From Patescibacteria group bacterium (GTDB lineage Bacteria > Patescibacteriota > Gracilibacteria > UBA4473), in the NCBI GenBank assembly GCA_965660445.1, contig CBFIAK010000001.1, positions 480,001-544,000 of the forward strand: a stretch of 64,000 nt of DNA, in the 5' to 3' direction. The notes beneath the pieces are model-generated. The model did not search any database. It saw nothing but the letters and a program-made list of their open reading frames with translations, and had not been told where the DNA came from. Numbering within the stretch: the first letter of the stretch is position 1; each line of letters opens with the position of its first letter. Both the position numbers and the translations under genes were made by a program. Shown here one piece after another: positions 29,079-38,805 of this stretch.

Positions 29079-30500
29079 ATGGATATAGAAAAAGATGCCC
29101 TATGGGAGGCGGTGCTTGTGCGTATGAGTGAAAAAATATCACGCATGGAGTTTTTTACGTGGTTTCAGAAAGTGATTGTGCGAGAAGTTTCGGGGCGTGC
29201 CGTCTTGGTTTCTTGTCCAACGGAGATGAATAAGAATTGGCTTGAAAATAAGTACTACACAGTGCTTTTAAGTAATGTAAAAGCTGTCTGTCCTGAAATT
29301 GAGTCTTTATATTTTGATGTCGATTTATCGTTAGCCGATAAAGAGGCCTTGTATCCTCATATTTTCTTAAAGAAAGACAAACTTCCTCGAAAACTGCCCA
29401 ATAGACCCGATATTCGTATTGATGAAGGTTTAGAGTCTCGTATTACTCAGCAAAAATTTACGTTAAAAAACTTTATTGTCGGGCCTGAAAATCAATTTGC
29501 TCATGCTGCCTGTATTGCTGTTGCACAAACACCAGTCAATGAACCAAAAAAATATAACCCATTATTTATTTATAGTGGGGTTGGGCTTGGAAAAACGCAT
29601 TTATTACAAGGGACAGCAAATGAAATAAAACACCGTAATTCAAACGCACGTGTTATTTATAATACTGCCGAACGGTTTATGAATGAGATTATTAAGTCGA
29701 TACGAGAAAAAAAGACAGATGAGTTACGAAAACGGTATCGCTCAGTTGATGTTTTGATTCTTGATGATGTTCAATTCTTTGAAGGAAAAGAACGAACACA
29801 AGAAGAACTCTTTAATACGTTTAATGATTTGTTTGAGTTTCAAAAACAGATTATTTTTGCTTCTGATAGACCTCCTTCTGAACTGCTTGGTATTTCTGAT
29901 CGATTGCGTTCTCGTATGGGCTGGGGATTATCGGCAGATATTCAGACTCCAAACTATGAAACTCGACTGGCGATTATTCAAGAGAAATCAAAAGAAATGA
30001 GTTTATTTTTGCCGCCTGATGTACAAGAATTTATTGCTGCCAATATTCGAAGTAATTTAAGAGAACTCGAAAATATTCTCAACCAAATTCGTGCAGAGAT
30101 AGATCTGGGAGAAGTTTCGCCAACCGTTCAATCTGTTGGAAAAATATTTCGAAAAATACATCCGAATGAGAATTTTATTGCGTCTCGTGATGCAGAAAAA
30201 ATGGGAATTGTTAAGAATCCTGATGATATCATAACCGCTATTAGTGACTATTTTCAGATTCCAGCAACAGAAATACTTGGGATAAGTCGAAAAAAAGAGA
30301 CTGTTTTTGCACGACAAGTTTGTTGGATGTTGTGTAAAGACATATTGCGTATGAGCTATGAAGCCATTGGTAATGATTTTGGAGGTAAAAACCATACAAC
30401 TATTATGCATGGCATTCGAAAAATACAAGACTTAAGCCGAAGAGACTCTGCTACGGCTCGTCATATTCACGCACTAAAAAAAGATCTCGGTGTGAAATAG
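29079..30500 (+). CDS. dnaA: chromosomal replication initiator DnaA
   Basis: YNPLFIYSGVGLGKTHL, LILDDVQF, QEELF.TFN.L, SDRPP, RL.SR..WGL, FGGKNHTTIMH. Confidence 0.95.
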   Translation: MDIEKDALWEAVLVRMSEKISRMEFFTWFQKVIVREVSGRAVLVSCPTEMNKNWLENKYYTVLLSNVKAVCPEIESLYFDVDLSLADKEALYPHIFLKKDKLPRKLPNRPDIRIDEGLESRITQQKFTLKNFIVGPENQFAHAACIAVAQTPVNEPKKYNPLFIYSGVGLGKTHLLQGTANEIKHRNSNARVIYNTAERFMNEIIKSIREKKTDELRKRYRSVDVLILDDVQFFEGKERTQEELFNTFNDLFEFQKQIIFASDRPPSELLGISDRLRSRMGWGLSADIQTPNYETRLAIIQEKSKEMSLFLPPDVQEFIAANIRSNLRELENILNQIRAEIDLGEVSPTVQSVGKIFRKIHPNENFIASRDAEKMGIVKNPDDIITAISDYFQIPATEILGISRKKETVFARQVCWMLCKDILRMSYEAIGNDFGGKNHTTIMHGIRKIQDLSRRDSATARHIHALKKDLGVK

Positions 30501-30543
30501 GATTAATTTATATTGTATAATATTTGTATACAAAACAAAGAGT

Positions 30544-30906
30544 CTATGAGATTGATTTTTGGATGTCGTCAATCAGTGATTGAGCTTTTTTTGAGAGACT
30601 TTCGAGTGATTTCTTCGTCTGTTTTTGGGTATCGGCTGTCATATTTTTTAACTGTTCGTGAATAGTTTGTAACTGAGATTGACTTGATTGAATAAGATGA
30701 TCGAGTTCGTCTGAGTTTTGTGCCCATGTTTTAATGGTATTAATCGCTTCCATATCAACTGCTTTGAGTTCTTGGTAGAGCATATTGTATGGTTTTTCAG
30801 ATTTTTTAAGTTCGGATCGTAGTTTTTTCCCTGGTTTTTGAGCAAAAAGAACGCCATATACAGCACCAAGGGAAAGAACGAAGAGAAAACGAAGAAAAGA
30901 TTTCAT
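30544..30906 (-). CDS. YtxH-like protein
   Basis: GA..G.LFA.K.GK.LR..L followed by coiled coil. Confidence 0.7.
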   Translation of the reverse strand: MKSFLRFLFVLSLGAVYGVLFAQKPGKKLRSELKKSEKPYNMLYQELKAVDMEAINTIKTWAQNSDELDHLIQSSQSQLQTIHEQLKNMTADTQKQTKKSLESLSKKAQSLIDDIQKSIS

Positions 30907-31035
30907 AGGAAACGAAAGAATAAAAAATAAAACCATTACTATTGTACCAAAAAAAAGGGTCTCTGTAAATCAAAGAATGGGAAGAAACAGGAAAATAAAT
31001 TGACACGAGTGCTTTTTCTGTTATATCTTGTATTT

Positions 31036-32316
31036 ATGCCAAAATATTTTAAGTCGCCGATTGGAACGCTTGATTTTCTTCCAGACGACTATGAATATTT
31101 CTCGTTTATAGAAGAAATTGTTCAGAAAAAATTCCATAAATGTGGATATCATCGTATTTCTACGCCTGCCTTTGAAGATTTAGAGTGTTTTGAACGGAGT
31201 TTTGGGGCGACTTCTAAAATTATACAAAAAGAGTTATATACTTTCGAAGATAAATTAGGTCGAACTTTAGCGTTGCGTCCAGATGTCACAACGGGAATTG
31301 TTCGATCTTTTATTGAAAATAAGTTGTATGAAGAAAATTTACCATTAGAAGTGTATTATATAGAAAACTGTTTTCGATTTGAGCGCGTGAAATCAACGAC
31401 TCAGCGTTCGTTTCGACAATTAGGAGCGGAAGTGCTAGGAGATACCGATCCAGCTATTGATGCTCAGTTGGTACTTTTGGCATCACAATTATTATCACAA
31501 TTGAAAGTTGGGAAGCTGTGTGAATTGCGTATTAATAATATTGGAACACCCGAGGATCGACAGAAATTTTTTGAAGCTTTAGAGAATTTCTATAAAGGAA
31601 AAGAACGAAGTTTGTCAGTGGAAGCCCGAGAACGGCTCCATCAAGGAAACTTATTAGAATTGCTGAAACCTCGAACTGAAGACGAACATATTTTAGCTGA
31701 AATGGCACCAAAAGTAACTGATTTTTTATCAAAGAAGTCGAGGAAGTTTTTTGAAGAAACATTAGCCTATTTAGATACACTTGAAATTCCTTATACCGTT
31801 GATACGAAACTATTTCGTCCGTTTCGATATTATTCGTATACGGTGTTTGAGTTTTTCGAAAAAAACACCCTCAATAAGGTATTAGCCGGTGGTCGATATG
31901 ATGGGTTACTCACAACTATGGGGTGTCCATTAGATCTTGGTGGGGCTGGTTTTTCTGCAGGAGTGGAACGTGTGATTGAACTCATGCATCGACACGATAT
32001 TGTTTTATCACAAAAAGCGAATATTCATGTATTTGTTGCTGCTACTGGAGAACTTGGGAAAAAAACATCGCTTCCGCTTTTAACTCAATTACGCAATAAA
32101 GGGTTTAATGCCGTTGGGAATTTAGGGAAAACATCTATTGAAAACACACTGAAACGAGCTCAAAAAACAAAAACACCATTAGTATTATTACTTGGTGATC
32201 AAGAAGTACGGCAAAATAAGCTTGTAGTGCGTCATTTAGAAACGGGGCGAAAAAAAGAAATTGCAATGGATCAAGCTTTATCGTATGTGAAAGATTTTTT
32301 TGCGGAACGAAAATAG
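31036..32316 (+). CDS. hisS: histidyl-tRNA synthetase (divergent, possibly a paralog)
   Basis: GT.DFLP, I.TP.FE, KELYTF.D...R.LALRPD.T, FR.ER, GGRYDGL, GF..G.ER, C-terminal anticodon-binding domain; several signature residues altered. Confidence 0.8.
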   Translation: MPKYFKSPIGTLDFLPDDYEYFSFIEEIVQKKFHKCGYHRISTPAFEDLECFERSFGATSKIIQKELYTFEDKLGRTLALRPDVTTGIVRSFIENKLYEENLPLEVYYIENCFRFERVKSTTQRSFRQLGAEVLGDTDPAIDAQLVLLASQLLSQLKVGKLCELRINNIGTPEDRQKFFEALENFYKGKERSLSVEARERLHQGNLLELLKPRTEDEHILAEMAPKVTDFLSKKSRKFFEETLAYLDTLEIPYTVDTKLFRPFRYYSYTVFEFFEKNTLNKVLAGGRYDGLLTTMGCPLDLGGAGFSAGVERVIELMHRHDIVLSQKANIHVFVAATGELGKKTSLPLLTQLRNKGFNAVGNLGKTSIENTLKRAQKTKTPLVLLLGDQEVRQNKLVVRHLETGRKKEIAMDQALSYVKDFFAERK

Positions 32317-32353
32317 TTTTTTTTCTGAAGAAAAAAACATACAATACGCCTAC

Positions 32354-32959
32354 ATGAATGTTTTACCTTCGCCAATTCAAGACGCTATAGAAAGTTTGTC
32401 GTGTTTACCGGGTATCGGAAAACGGAGTGCTGAACGGCTTGTGTTAGCATTGCTTCAGAATAAGTCATCACTCGATCAGAAAATAGCACAGAGTATTGGA
32501 AGTTTAAAATCTTCTATTCGGGAATGTGATTTCTGTGCTCATTATGCAGAAGATCATATATGTGGTATTTGTAGTGATAGTCGTCGGCGATCGGATCAAA
32601 TATGTATTGTTGAGTCACCTTTAGATGTTGTAGCGCTCGAACGATGCCATGAATACAAAGGGCGATATGTTGTGCTTCATGGGGTTCTTTCTCCACTCAA
32701 TAAAATACGTCCTGATGATTTAAGAATTGATGTACTATTGAACCGATTGCAAACAGATCCTCCACAAGAAATTATTTTTGCGCTTCCCTCCACAACAGAA
32801 GGGGAGGCAACATCCTTATTTTTAATGGAACGCATTGAGTCTTTATTCTCTGGAACTATCACGCGATTGTCTCGAGGTATTCCATCGGGAGGAGATCTTG
32901 ATTATTTAGATATTGGAACTATTGGACGAGCTTTGCTTGATAGACGACCTTTTGTGTAA
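32354..32959 (+). CDS. recR: recombination mediator RecR
   Basis: LPGIGKRSAERL, C4 finger CDFC...CGIC, ICIVE, EGEAT, LSRGIP.GGDLDY.D..T. Confidence 0.96.
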   Translation: MNVLPSPIQDAIESLSCLPGIGKRSAERLVLALLQNKSSLDQKIAQSIGSLKSSIRECDFCAHYAEDHICGICSDSRRRSDQICIVESPLDVVALERCHEYKGRYVVLHGVLSPLNKIRPDDLRIDVLLNRLQTDPPQEIIFALPSTTEGEATSLFLMERIESLFSGTITRLSRGIPSGGDLDYLDIGTIGRALLDRRPFV

Positions 32960-33010
32960 AAATGGCGAATAATTGACTTAATATATTTTGCATTGTATAA
33001 TATAAGAGAA

Positions 33011-33505
33011 ATGGTGCGTCATAATCACGATTCTGAAAAACAAGAATATCGAGAAGGAATGGAGAATCAGTCTCCAGAAAATCTCAGTGTTTTTGATGAA
33101 GCATTATCGACTCCGAGTGAACGTGTGTCGCAAGTTGTAGGAACGAACCCTGCGGAAGAGAGTCGTGGGAACGCTTCTTCGAATGGGATGGCTAAAGATC
33201 TGTCTTTTTTTGATTCTGTTTCTCATCGTATAAACCGATTATTAACGAGTTCTGATTCGAAAGCGAGTTTTGAAAAAATGACTCGAAAAGAGCAAGAGCA
33301 GGTGGTCTATTCTTATCTAAAAAAAGAACAGGATGAACTGATTCAAGAGTCACGAAAAATAGAAAATAGCCGTTATTTCTCTGCGAGTAAATTTGAAAAA
33401 GTATTACAGCGTATACGAATACTACAACAAACAATGTCTGAGCTTATAGATATGACATTTGATCAATTGCAATCTCTGTATAACCGATATATATTAAAAC
33501 GCTAA
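33011..33505 (+). CDS. hypothetical protein
   Basis: ATG 9 nt after a near-consensus TTGACT-17-TATAAT promoter; helical C-terminus. Confidence 0.7.
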   Translation: MVRHNHDSEKQEYREGMENQSPENLSVFDEALSTPSERVSQVVGTNPAEESRGNASSNGMAKDLSFFDSVSHRINRLLTSSDSKASFEKMTRKEQEQVVYSYLKKEQDELIQESRKIENSRYFSASKFEKVLQRIRILQQTMSELIDMTFDQLQSLYNRYILKR

Positions 33506-34356
33506 GAGAGGGTTGCTTGTTCGGCAGCAAGAATTGTATTTTCTAGCAAGCTTATAACCGTCATTGGTCCGACGCCTTTTGGAACAGGTGTTATTGCTGA
33601 TACCAAAGGTTTAACTGATTCAAAATCAATGTCTCCCACGAGTTTATTATCTATTCGATTGATACCCACATCAATAAGAATACTTTTTGGTTTTATAAAA
33701 GATGCATCTACAAATTTAGGTTTTCCAATAGCTGATATGAGTATATCGGCAGATAGTGTTTCGGTTTTTATATGTTGAGTATAGCTATGACAAATCGTTA
33801 CGGTTGCATTTTTTTGTAGGAGCAGGAGTGCGAGTGGAAGTCCAACAATATGAGATCGTCCCAGAATAACTATTTTTTTCCCTTCCACTGAAATATCATA
33901 GGCGTCAAGGAGTCGGAGTATCCCTTTTGGAGTACAAGGAGTAACACGATGATGAGAAAGAGTGAGTGTCCCAGTGTTTATAACGCCAAATCCATCAATA
34001 TCCTTTTCAGGGGTTATAGAATTTAATAAATCAAAAGAAGAGAGATGCGATGGAATAGGCAGTTGTAAGAGTATGCCGTGTACGTACGGATCTTTATTGA
34101 GTGTTTGAATATGGTCTTGTAATTGTGACCATGAGATAGAAGTGGGAAACTCATGAATATCAATCTTTATACCCGCTTTTTCTCCCCATAATGCTTTTTG
34201 TCGGACATACGTAGAAGAAGCACTATTATTCCCAATCAGAAGCACAACACATTTTGGTTGTATATTTTTTTTGTTCAATAAAAGAACGCGAGGGATAAGT
34301 TCGTTGTGCAGAATTGATTCCGCAACAGGAGTTCCAGAAAGAAGAGTATAGGTCAT
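33502..34356 (-). CDS. folD: bifunctional methylenetetrahydrofolate dehydrogenase/cyclohydrolase
   Basis: YV..K, GILLQLP, KDIDG, PCTP.G, GRS.IVG.P, IDVGIN, GD.DF, TPVP.GVGPMT. Confidence 0.96.
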   Translation of the reverse strand: MTYTLLSGTPVAESILHNELIPRVLLLNKKNIQPKCVVLLIGNNSASSTYVRQKALWGEKAGIKIDIHEFPTSISWSQLQDHIQTLNKDPYVHGILLQLPIPSHLSSFDLLNSITPEKDIDGFGVINTGTLTLSHHRVTPCTPKGILRLLDAYDISVEGKKIVILGRSHIVGLPLALLLLQKNATVTICHSYTQHIKTETLSADILISAIGKPKFVDASFIKPKSILIDVGINRIDNKLVGDIDFESVKPLVSAITPVPKGVGPMTVISLLENTILAAEQATLS

Positions 34357-34402
34357 AAAATAGTACAATAAACGATTTCTATTCTATTCTCTTTTTAGAA
34401 AC

Positions 34403-34903
34403 TCACAAGTTGATGTTTTCTTTTTTTTGTAGATGTGTTGGAAGAAGTGAGATAATGGTATGAATACGTGTTGTTCGAAATTCAAATGAATTATTGTTTT
34501 TATCGATGACAAGTAGTGTGTGATAGGGAAGAAATGAACGAATATCTTTTGCTTTTGAAACATAAAGAGATTGTATATGAGTAAATGGAAGAAGAATGTC
34601 TTTGTGTGTGTTTTGTTGAAAAAGGATTGATGAGTTGCTTATAACTAACGTTTGTTGCGGGTACATATTGAGTATTACGAGAAGGAGGAGTATGAGCGTG
34701 ATATTTTGAAACCAAAATGGAAGAGAAAACAATCCATTATAAAAATAAAACAAATTCATCCAAAAAAAGTACAAGCTTAAAAGCATAAGTGGTACAAAAC
34801 ACAGCCTCGTTATAATAAAATCATAAAAAGGATGTGTTCTATTGTGAGCATCTCTATATTCGTAGTTATGCTCACGAAACCAAAGTGGATGCTCTTGAGT
34901 CAT
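34403..34903 (-). CDS. hypothetical membrane protein (2 TM plus PH-like soluble domain)
   Basis: ATG 34903 lies 6 nt after TTGTAT-17-TATAAT; two TM helices. Confidence 0.65.
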   Translation of the reverse strand: MTQEHPLWFREHNYEYRDAHNRTHPFYDFIITRLCFVPLMLLSLYFFWMNLFYFYNGLFSLPFWFQNITLILLLLVILNMYPQQTLVISNSSILFQQNTHKDILLPFTHIQSLYVSKAKDIRSFLPYHTLLVIDKNNNSFEFRTTRIHTIISLLPTHLQKKENINL

Positions 34904-34987
34904 CGGTTCATTATACACCTTTTTTATGTTTTATACAATGCCTCTTTTTTTCTTTTAATAAAAAGAAAAGAGTTTTCGAGAAATACA

Positions 34988-35623
34988 TCATAGTTCTTGT
35001 ATAATCATTTCGTGTTCAAACCGTACTTTTTTTCGTTTCTGTGTAGAATCTTCTTCCGATCGATAGCCTATAGCACATACAACACATGGTGCAAGGTTTT
35101 GGGGGTGTAGGTCGAGCACTTTCTTATATCCTTCGGGATCAAATCCTCCAATCGAACAGGTATCAATATGCAGTGTGCTACAAGCGGTTAAAAAGTTTCC
35201 TAAAGCGATAAACACCTGATCTCGAGCCCATGTGTCAACATGTGCTGCTCGAGGACCATGAAGGAGTACATTTTCAATCATATTTTTGTACGCATCAAGT
35301 GTTGATATGTCTTGATTTCGTGTATGAGCGGTGTGTTGAATAAGCGTGTCAATATCTGATTGAGAAAGAGATGTTTTTCGGCAAAAAACAATTAAGTGAG
35401 AGCAATCAGTGATTTGTGGTTGGTCAAAACTGTGTTTTTTGAGCTCTTCTTTTAATGCTTTATTTTCAATAATAAGAAACTTCCATGGTTGCATATTCAG
35501 TGATGATGGAGTAAGCCGCAAGACCTCCTTGAGTATCTGAATATTTTCCGGTGATATTTTTTTGTCGGTATTAAATTTTTTTGTTGCGTATCGCCATTGT
35601 AAATCAGAAAGAATGGAAGACAT
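34988..35623 (-). CDS. NAD(P)H-dependent nitroreductase (NfsB-like)
   Basis: WRYATKKF, L.PSS.N.QPW.F, Q.FIALG, D.C.IGGF, AIGYRS, K.R. Confidence 0.9.
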   Translation of the reverse strand: MSSILSDLQWRYATKKFNTDKKISPENIQILKEVLRLTPSSLNMQPWKFLIIENKALKEELKKHSFDQPQITDCSHLIVFCRKTSLSQSDIDTLIQHTAHTRNQDISTLDAYKNMIENVLLHGPRAAHVDTWARDQVFIALGNFLTACSTLHIDTCSIGGFDPEGYKKVLDLHPQNLAPCVVCAIGYRSEEDSTQKRKKVRFEHEMIIQEL

Positions 35624-35760
35624 GAATGTTTGTATAAAAAACAGTTGTAGAGTACACCAAAAGAAATCAAAAACAATCTTTTTTTGTTCGTGCAATGAGT
35701 TTTCATTGAAAGAAATAGCTTATTTCTGCATAATAATGGTGCATAAAAAAACAAACACTC

Positions 35761-37437
35761 ATGACCAAACATTCTTCAGCTTCAGCTTTACATGTTGCGT
35801 ATTTTTCAATGGAGTTTGCGGTTGACCATCGCATACCCAATTATGCAGGAGGATTAGGAGTTTTGGCAGCGGACTATATGTTTTCTATTGCTGATATGCA
35901 GTATAATGCCGCAGGAGTATCACTTATTTATCATCAAGATTCAAACCCAGATATGGCATTTTATCCAGAATCGTTTATGAAACGATTACCGCAAACGGTT
36001 CTTGTGGACATTGAAGGGCGAGGGGTGCATGTCGGGGTATATCAATACGATGTTGTATCTCCTTTACACGGAAAAACAAAACCTATTTATTTTTTAACAA
36101 CCAATATTCCTGAAAATAAGGAGTGGGATCGTGATATTACAAAAAATCTCTATCCGTCCGATGGATATACACGACTGGCACAAGAAGCTATTTTAGGTAT
36201 TGGTGGAGTCCGAATACTTCGCGCTCTTGGGTACGAAACTATTGATACATTTCATCTCAATGAAGGGCATGCAGCGTTATTAACACTGGAGGTATTAAGA
36301 GAAAACCATTATCAAGATGCACAAGTAAAAGAGCAGTGTTGTTTTACAACTCATACTCCAGTAGCGGCGGGGCATGATTATTTTGATTACTCTGAGGCGT
36401 ATCGAGTCATTGGCAATATGATGCCGTGGCATATTCGAGATATTGCTACTCACGATCGGTTGAGTATGACCCATTTAGCTTTAAACTTAAGTCGAAAAAC
36501 AAATAGTGTATCAGAGAAACACAGGCGAGTATGTGAGGAAATGTTTGGGGGATATTCATTTAAAAATGTAACCAACGGAGTTCATCATATTCGATGGGCA
36601 TCGATATGGATGCAAAAACTTTTTGATTCATATCTTCCTGGGTGGAGAGAAGACCCAAGTATGTTCCGATTGGCTGCAGAAAATTTACCTGATGAAGATT
36701 TATGGACAGCGCATCAAAAATCAAAAAAAGAATGTATCGATTGGATTAATGCTTTTCCGGGATGTTTACAATACGAAGGAGAGGGAGATGATGATGATTA
36801 TTTTGATACTCATACTCTTACTATTGGGTTCGCAAGACGATTTGTGCCTTACAAGCGTCCAGCACTTATTTTTCGAGATTTAGATCGGTTACGAAAATTA
36901 GGATACCGAAAATTACAGTTGGTGTTTGCTGGAAACTGTCACCCAAGTGATGAGTTTTGTGTGATGAAACGAGACGCTATTCGACATTTTGCACAAGAAA
37001 TGCGTGGTCAAGTGCGTATCGCGGTATTACCAGAATACAATACTTTTATTAGTAAAAAAATGGTTACGGGATGTGATATATGGCTTAATAATCCTATTAT
37101 TCCTCGTGAAGCAAGTGGAACGAGTGGTATGAAAGTAGCGCTTAATGGAGGGATAAATCTTTCAATTCGTGATGGTTGGTGGGAAGAGGCGATTGGGATG
37201 AAACCAAATTCAGGTTGGGGATTTGGAAGTGATAGTCGCGTGGATATGAGTGATTTCGAACGGAATCGACTCGACTCTTTGGAACTCTATGATGCCTTGC
37301 AAGAAGCTCTCTCGTGTTATGGGCAACAAGATAAAACACAATGGATATCAAAAATGAAAGAAAGTATTAGCCTTCTTGCATTTTTTAATAGTAATCGTGC
37401 CATTGAAGAATACGATTTAAAGATGTGGAAACGCTAA
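35761..37437 (+). CDS. glgP: alpha-glucan (glycogen/starch) phosphorylase
   Basis: AYFSME, YAGGLG.LA.D, HLNEGH, FTTHTPV.AGHD, TNGVH, ARRF..YKR, EASGTSGMK (PLP Lys), DGWW.E. Confidence 0.93.
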   Translation: MTKHSSASALHVAYFSMEFAVDHRIPNYAGGLGVLAADYMFSIADMQYNAAGVSLIYHQDSNPDMAFYPESFMKRLPQTVLVDIEGRGVHVGVYQYDVVSPLHGKTKPIYFLTTNIPENKEWDRDITKNLYPSDGYTRLAQEAILGIGGVRILRALGYETIDTFHLNEGHAALLTLEVLRENHYQDAQVKEQCCFTTHTPVAAGHDYFDYSEAYRVIGNMMPWHIRDIATHDRLSMTHLALNLSRKTNSVSEKHRRVCEEMFGGYSFKNVTNGVHHIRWASIWMQKLFDSYLPGWREDPSMFRLAAENLPDEDLWTAHQKSKKECIDWINAFPGCLQYEGEGDDDDYFDTHTLTIGFARRFVPYKRPALIFRDLDRLRKLGYRKLQLVFAGNCHPSDEFCVMKRDAIRHFAQEMRGQVRIAVLPEYNTFISKKMVTGCDIWLNNPIIPREASGTSGMKVALNGGINLSIRDGWWEEAIGMKPNSGWGFGSDSRVDMSDFERNRLDSLELYDALQEALSCYGQQDKTQWISKMKESISLLAFFNSNRAIEEYDLKMWKR

Positions 37438-37439
37438 AT

Positions 37440-37811
37440 TTATTTCTTTGTTTTTAGGTAAGACTCAACCATGTTGGATATTTCTTGTACCGACGCATTG
37501 GGTTTGTTTATATAGTCATTTGCTCCCATTTTTTTTGCTTTATCAACATCGGTATCTTGGTTAAGGCTTGTAAGCATAATAATAGGAACTCCATCAAACT
37601 TTTTATCTTGTCGTATAATTTCAAGTACTTCAAACCCATTTTTCAGTGGCATAATAACATCGAGCAGTATAATATCAGGATTTTCCGATAACTTATCAAC
37701 CGCTTCTTGTCCGTTTTCCGCAGGGATAACAGTATACCCATCTTTTTCAAGTCTGGCTTTGCTAATTTTTCGAAGAAATGTATCGTCTTCTGCAAGAAGT
37801 ACTTTGCTCAT
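37440..37811 (-). CDS. stand-alone response regulator receiver
   Basis: LLAEDD, ILLDVIMP (phospho-Asp), MLT, GA.DYI.KP. Confidence 0.93.
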   Translation of the reverse strand: MSKVLLAEDDTFLRKISKARLEKDGYTVIPAENGQEAVDKLSENPDIILLDVIMPLKNGFEVLEIIRQDKKFDGVPIIMLTSLNQDTDVDKAKKMGANDYINKPNASVQEISNMVESYLKTKK

Positions 37812-37881
37812 ATAAAAAGATATATCAATCGCCTCATTATAGCGTATTTTTAAGAAAAAATCAATGAAAGTAGAATCTCTT

Positions 37882-37919
37882 AAAAAAAAGAACCTGATAC
37901 GGTAATCGTATCAGGTTCT
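37882..37919 (-). terminator. intrinsic terminator of pilin gene
   Basis: AGAACCTGATACG-5nt-CGTATCAGGTTCT followed by a U-run on the minus strand. Confidence 0.85.
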
Positions 37920-37945
37920 CTGGTTGTGTTTGTGTGATAAACCAA

Positions 37946-38632
37946 TTATCGCATTACACTGATTTCAGGAATTGGTGCTCCTCCCCCTGGTCCTTCTCCT
38001 TCAACTTGACAAGAAAGTAATTGAAGTGATCCATTTGCAAGCCGTGCAAAACCATATCGACTTACATCATCAGTTCCTGTTGATGGGTCTCGTGGTACTT
38101 GTGCAATATATCCTGACGTCGCAATTTCTGAAATATCAAGACAAAAAGCATCAGTGGTATCATCCGTTGCATTTGCATCATGGAATGCACTTTGATTATC
38201 TCCTCCTACATCGACATTTAAAGCAACACCAAGTGCGTCACAGTTATCAAGGGTATGATCAACTTCTCCAGCAGCTGGGGCATTTACTGCTCCTGTGTGT
38301 CCTGCTGGTGTTGCATCTCCTGCTGGATCTGTAGTATCGTAAGTTGAGTTGATGTCTCCATCTTCACAAGTTCCGATCATATAATAAGCTGTATCTGAAA
38401 GCGGAAGAGCATTGATAGTCGCGATATGATCCCCACTGTTATCCACTTGGTATTGGATAATAGCCTGAAGCATGGTCGCAATATCGGTCGACCGTCGAGA
38501 GTTACGAGATTGATTTAACCGTCTTGCCGGATCAACCGCTACGAAAATCGCAGCTGCTAAGATCGCGATAATGGCAATCACGATAATCAACTCAATAAGC
38601 GTAAACGCTGATTGTTTGTGTGTATTTTTCAT
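37946..38632 (-). CDS. type IV pilin
   Basis: Class III signal AFTLIELIIVIAIIAILAA, RNSRR..D, P.DPS; four Cys. Confidence 0.9.
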   Translation of the reverse strand: MKNTHKQSAFTLIELIIVIAIIAILAAAIFVAVDPARRLNQSRNSRRSTDIATMLQAIIQYQVDNSGDHIATINALPLSDTAYYMIGTCEDGDINSTYDTTDPAGDATPAGHTGAVNAPAAGEVDHTLDNCDALGVALNVDVGGDNQSAFHDANATDDTTDAFCLDISEIATSGYIAQVPRDPSTGTDDVSRYGFARLANGSLQLLSCQVEGEGPGGGAPIPEISVMR

Positions 38633-38752
38633 GGTGAAAAAAATATTAAAAAATAAGACACATTCACTCTACAAAAAGAGTTCTTAAAAATCAAATTATT
38701 TATAAAAAACGCCTTGCTAAAAAGAAAAAAGTGTATAAAAAATATAAACAAT

Positions 38753-38785
38753 AAAAAAAACTCTCCACGAATAGAGAGTTTTTTT
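38753..38785. terminator. intrinsic terminator between the pilin genes
   Basis: AAAAAAACTCTC-cacgaata-GAGAGTTTTTTT. Confidence 0.65.
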
Positions 38786-38805
38786 ATTCTGCCTCTTTTA
38801 TATTT

